Shown piece after piece: positions 60,401-64,000 of a stretch of DNA of 64,000 nucleotides. The DNA is from Camelus dromedarius (lineage: Eukaryota). The stretch spans positions 32,302,001 to 32,366,000 of the forward strand of contig NC_087440.1 of assembly GCF_036321535.1 (NCBI RefSeq). Reading direction: 5' to 3'. The notes under the pieces are model-generated. The model was not told the DNA's origin and ran no database searches. It saw only the letters and a list, made by a program, of their open reading frames with translations. A program made the translations under genes and the position numbers. The first letter of the stretch is position 1. Every line of letters starts with the position of its first letter.

Positions 60401-63400
60401 TGAGGGTGTCAATTCCAGGCAAGGAGTGGGTCTCCCAGCCTCACTGTCCCACCCTCCAGTTCCTTCCTAGGTGGCTCCTACCAGTTCTCCAAGGAGCTGC
60501 CCTCCTTCCTCCCATCACCACCCTGTAATTCAATTGATAGGGTGACTTTCCTTTTGGAGAGAGGCACCAGCCCTTTATTCACACCAGGATCACAAACTGA
60601 GCAGACCTGGGGAGGGGAGGTGGGACCCCCAGGGCCTGCCGCCAGCTCCAGCCTACCTCTTTCTCCATCTCCTTCTCTCTGAAGTACAGTGTCAGAGGGT
60701 TGAAGTCCTTTGACTGTTTCCACTGTCTGGTGGGAGGTGGGAGCAGGAAGCCCCAAAGAGGAAAGGGCAGGGAGGAGGGCATGATCAGGTGAGTCTTTCA
60801 GTGAGCTGGAGCTGGGAAGACCCTCCCTTCCCTACAGGTTCTCAGGGGAGCACCTCCCTCCTCTACCACCTGAGTCCAGGCCCTCCAGCCCTCCCAGCCC
60901 TCTCAGCCCTCTTCTGTTTGCCATACTTCTGAGAGTTGAGCTGTTCGATGACCTGGAAGAACTTGGCATCCCCAGTGTCCAGTTCATCATCCAGTCCCCG
61001 GGGGGTACGGCTCCTGCGCAGTGAGAGCCCAGCCTGTCACTGAGAAGACCCTCAAAAGCATATGGGCAAAGCAGGAGCATCCCCCCAGGAAGGACGGAGG
61101 TAGATCACCCGGACAGCCCCACTGTCAGAGTTGCTCAGGCCTCCTTACCGGTCCAGGCTCCACTGGGGGCTGAAGGAAGACAGGGCCCTCTCCTGCAGGG
61201 AGAACACAGGGACAGGGGAAGATGGGGAGATGGTGAGCGTCCTCCACTGTAGTGTATCCTCTCTGCCGTGAGGCATTCCTATACATGGCCTTGATTTGAG
61301 CATTTGACCTGGCTAATATCTCTCTCCATCTCTTTCTCTCTCACTTTATCAGCATGTCTATCTCCATCTCCATTTCCATCTCTATCTCTTCCAAATCCCA
61401 CCTGCCTATAAGGGAAGGTAAATCCACATTTATTCCTTGAAATTTCCTCCTGACTCTTCAGACTCCCAGAGTCTCCATGCTCTCTGATTTCCTCATGGCT
61501 TTTATCACTTAGGAGGCAACCTTGCATCCTCTATATGCTTGAGTGGCTGTTGATTCCTTGGACTTCCCTAAGGACTTCTTCTTCCCTAAGGACTGCACAG
61601 AATCCAAAGGCATGGACTTGCCCATCACTCCATGTCAAAAAAAAAAAAAAAATCCCTCTTGGTTGAAACTGGAATAGCAATGCAAAGCACTCTGAATCCC
61701 CTCTGCCCTTTCATGGTGGTCAAGCTGAGCTGGGAGGTAGTGGGTTCAGGGCACAAAAATGGAGAAGGAAAAGAGGAAGAGAAACAAGCTTGGTTATAGC
61801 CACTCTCTTCTGCACCGAAAAGCATACTTATTGTGTGCAGAGACGTGAGAATGAGCACACGAGCGGGGGAGGACCAGCACCAGGGAAGGGAGCATGGCCA
61901 CTGCCCAGGGCAAGATGGATGGTGACCCTTTTTCCCTGCTTCCCTGATTCATGGGAAGGAAGCAGGGTCACAGGGGGCCACATCATCCCCCAAACCAAAA
62001 CCTTGTGTATGTGAGAGGAGAGGGAGAGGGAGAGTTAGAGAGCAATTAAGAGGTAAGCTCTAGGCATCCATGCCTGGTACTAATTTTTATCGGACTACCT
62101 ACCTGCCCCCACCCCATGCCTGTAAGTTATCTGAAGGCAGGGAAAACATCTTATTCATTTCCGTCTTCTCAAGAGCTAACCTAGGGCCTGCTGCATACTA
62201 GGTGCTCAAAGACCGTAGGAAGAAGGGATGGATGGATGGGAACCACCACACAAACACTGCCCCGCCACCCTGAAGTTGCGCTCTGTCTAATAGTAAGCCA
62301 AGTGTGATTCTCAAGGCTTCTAACATTTGACTAAGGCCCTAGAACTTCAGGGGCTGAGAAACAAGTTTCTGGGCTGGTGAGGTCCTGCCTCAGGAGATAC
62401 CTTAGAACAAGGTGTTCCCACTCTGCCCTGACACCTAATAGCCTGCACACCGGTCGGGGGTTAGGGAGGTCTGGCCTGGGTTCTGGGGGGCATCCAAAAC
62501 ACTGTCTCACAGTCCCTGGGCTCCCAGCAAATCCCCCTCTAACCTACCCTACCTGGAAGCCTCAGCCTGCAATACTAGCTGGGCCTTGGGTTCTTCCTTC
62601 CTCTCCCTCCTGCCAGTTTAGCCCTTTGACCTCTCCCCTTGCCCATTTTGAGGCTTGAAATTAAGCACTCAGCCACTGAACTGCTGTGGCCAAGGTTCCC
62701 TCACCTCCAGTGTTCACTGACCTCTGGCCCACTTTCCTGTTGGATAGGAGAGGAGAGGGGAAGGAACATAGAAAGGGTACTCTGGAGTTATCCTAGAAGT
62801 CCAGGTAGGTCTACCCAGTAGAGAAGATTCTGGAAAGATCTGCAGATCAGTGGCTGGGAATGCTGAACAGGTCTGGGGAAGATTAGAGAAAATGGAAGAG
62901 AACAGGCTGAGGAAACTAACCCCGGGGCAAGCCTTTAGGGACATGGCCTGAGTCCCTGCATGAGGGGGTTCTGGCTGCTTGTCATCAAGTGGGGGGAGAT
63001 CCAGGCTCCTCCAGCAGCTGATGGGTCACCGATTGCCTGAAGGTGCCCTGCACATATCAGCCAGTAACTGGCCCTGCCCTAGCTTACCCCAGACAAGGGA
63101 TAAGCCCACTCCACTTCCTTCCTCCTCCACCCCTGCCTGCTCATGGTGACTTCCTTCTTCAAGGCCCTGGGAGGTTTTCACTGTCACCTCTTTTTATCTG
63201 TATACAAGTCCTGGAGAGGAGGGGCAATGAGTGATCTGCCCCACCTTTCCCATCTTAGTGGGGACTGAAGAAGAGAGCATGCAGTCACAAGACTAAGCTA
63301 AACAGAGACATTTCCTGATGGGAATGGATGTGCAGTACTGGCTTCTGAGGCAGGAGGCAGTATGGCACCAAGGGAAGGGGCTTCCTGAGTGGGCTGGGGA

Positions 63401-63819
63401 GCAAAGGACATGGTATCTTTGAGGTCTTGAATCTTCTCTGAGTTGAGCTCAGAGGGCAGTTATCTTTGTTCTTTCTCTGGAAACAACGGCAGAAAAGGTC
63501 CTGAACCAGTAACTGGGGTGACCAGAAAGTTCAGGACCTTGGGATGTCATCAAGTGACTCACAGGTGGTGGAGATGGGAGGGGCTAGGAGTGGGCAATGG
63601 GGGTGGGTTTATGTAAGTGCTGGGCTCATGATGGAGTGCACATACCGGGAGAGGGGTGGAGGTGGACACAGGGCTCTCTACGTGGCTCAGATGGGCAAAT
63701 GGCTTGGCTGCACCCCAGGACTCCAGGTAGCGGGTCATCAGCAGCGATGGACGCATCTTGGGGCCCTCGAGAGAGGACAGCAACCCTCCAGCAGTGCCCT
63801 TCTCATCCTCCTCCTCGGC
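54446..63819 (-). CDS. ADCY4: Adenylate cyclase type 4, last 16 coding exons (C1b, M2 helices, C2 catalytic domain); 5' part lies beyond the window end
   Basis: Exons (minus): 63646-63819, 61149-61192, 60927-61013, 60657-60726, 60251-60348, 59481-59565, 59236-59373, 58488-58598, 58051-58235, 57745-57829, 57142-57300 (mostly N), 55754-55900, 55353-55460, 55122-55236, 54676-54800, 54446-54592. Phases are consistent; [13 protein letters not shown] and [16 protein letters not shown] motifs are present. Confidence 0.97.
56511..56850. mobile_element. MER3 DNA transposon interrupted by a SINE
   Basis: MER3 left part ('ctatccaatatggtggccactagccacaagcagctgttgaacacttgg') and right part ('aaatggccacacaaggctaatggctaccttactggataatgcag'). 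Confidence 0.8.
56662..56791 (-). mobile_element. tRNA-derived SINE, long form, nested in MER3
   Basis: Reverse-complement head 'gcactctaccacttgaactttaccctcccc'; ttaaattt repeats on both sides. Confidence 0.88.
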
Positions 63820-64000
63820 CTGGGGCAAATGAAGGCTGAGAGTCAAGATCACAGACCCTTCCCCATTCTCCCACAGCCCTTAAAGGTTGGTGTCCCTCCC
63901 CTACGGTACACACTAGGACCCAGGAACTGAGTCTCTGGCATAGAAGAGATCAGGCCCATTGGCTGTGGGTGGTTAGGGTGGGCCAGCCCATGGGGTCTAG

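Overview
Mammalian genomic DNA, very probably camelid, since it carries five copies of a tRNA-Ala(AGC)-derived SINE of the Vic-1 type plus cetartiodactyl-type L1. The window is syntenic with the human 14q12 cluster: TGM1 (5' half, minus), RABGGTA (complete, 567 aa, minus), a ~14 kb repeat-rich intergenic block, DHRS1 (313 aa, minus), NOP9 (636 aa, plus), CIDEB (219 aa, minus), LTB4R2/BLT2 (354 aa, plus), LTB4R/BLT1 (356 aa, plus) and the last 16 coding exons of ADCY4 (minus). I assembled the exons by hand from splice sites; the four complete multi-exon CDS sum to the lengths of the human orthologues as I recall them. I found no clearly new gene system. The most notable items are: (1) an L1-retrotransposed, polyadenylated ERV1 transcript fragment (env tail-PPT-U3-R-polyA, 16-17 bp TSD) upstream of the BLT1 CDS; (2) a 1-nt deletion that gives ADCY4 a new C-terminus (-SSL); (3) an N-run that hides almost exactly one ADCY4 exon; (4) two GC-AG introns; (5) an orphan TATA-type promoter in the RABGGTA-DHRS1 interval. 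Comparisons with human proteins are from memory and need alignment.
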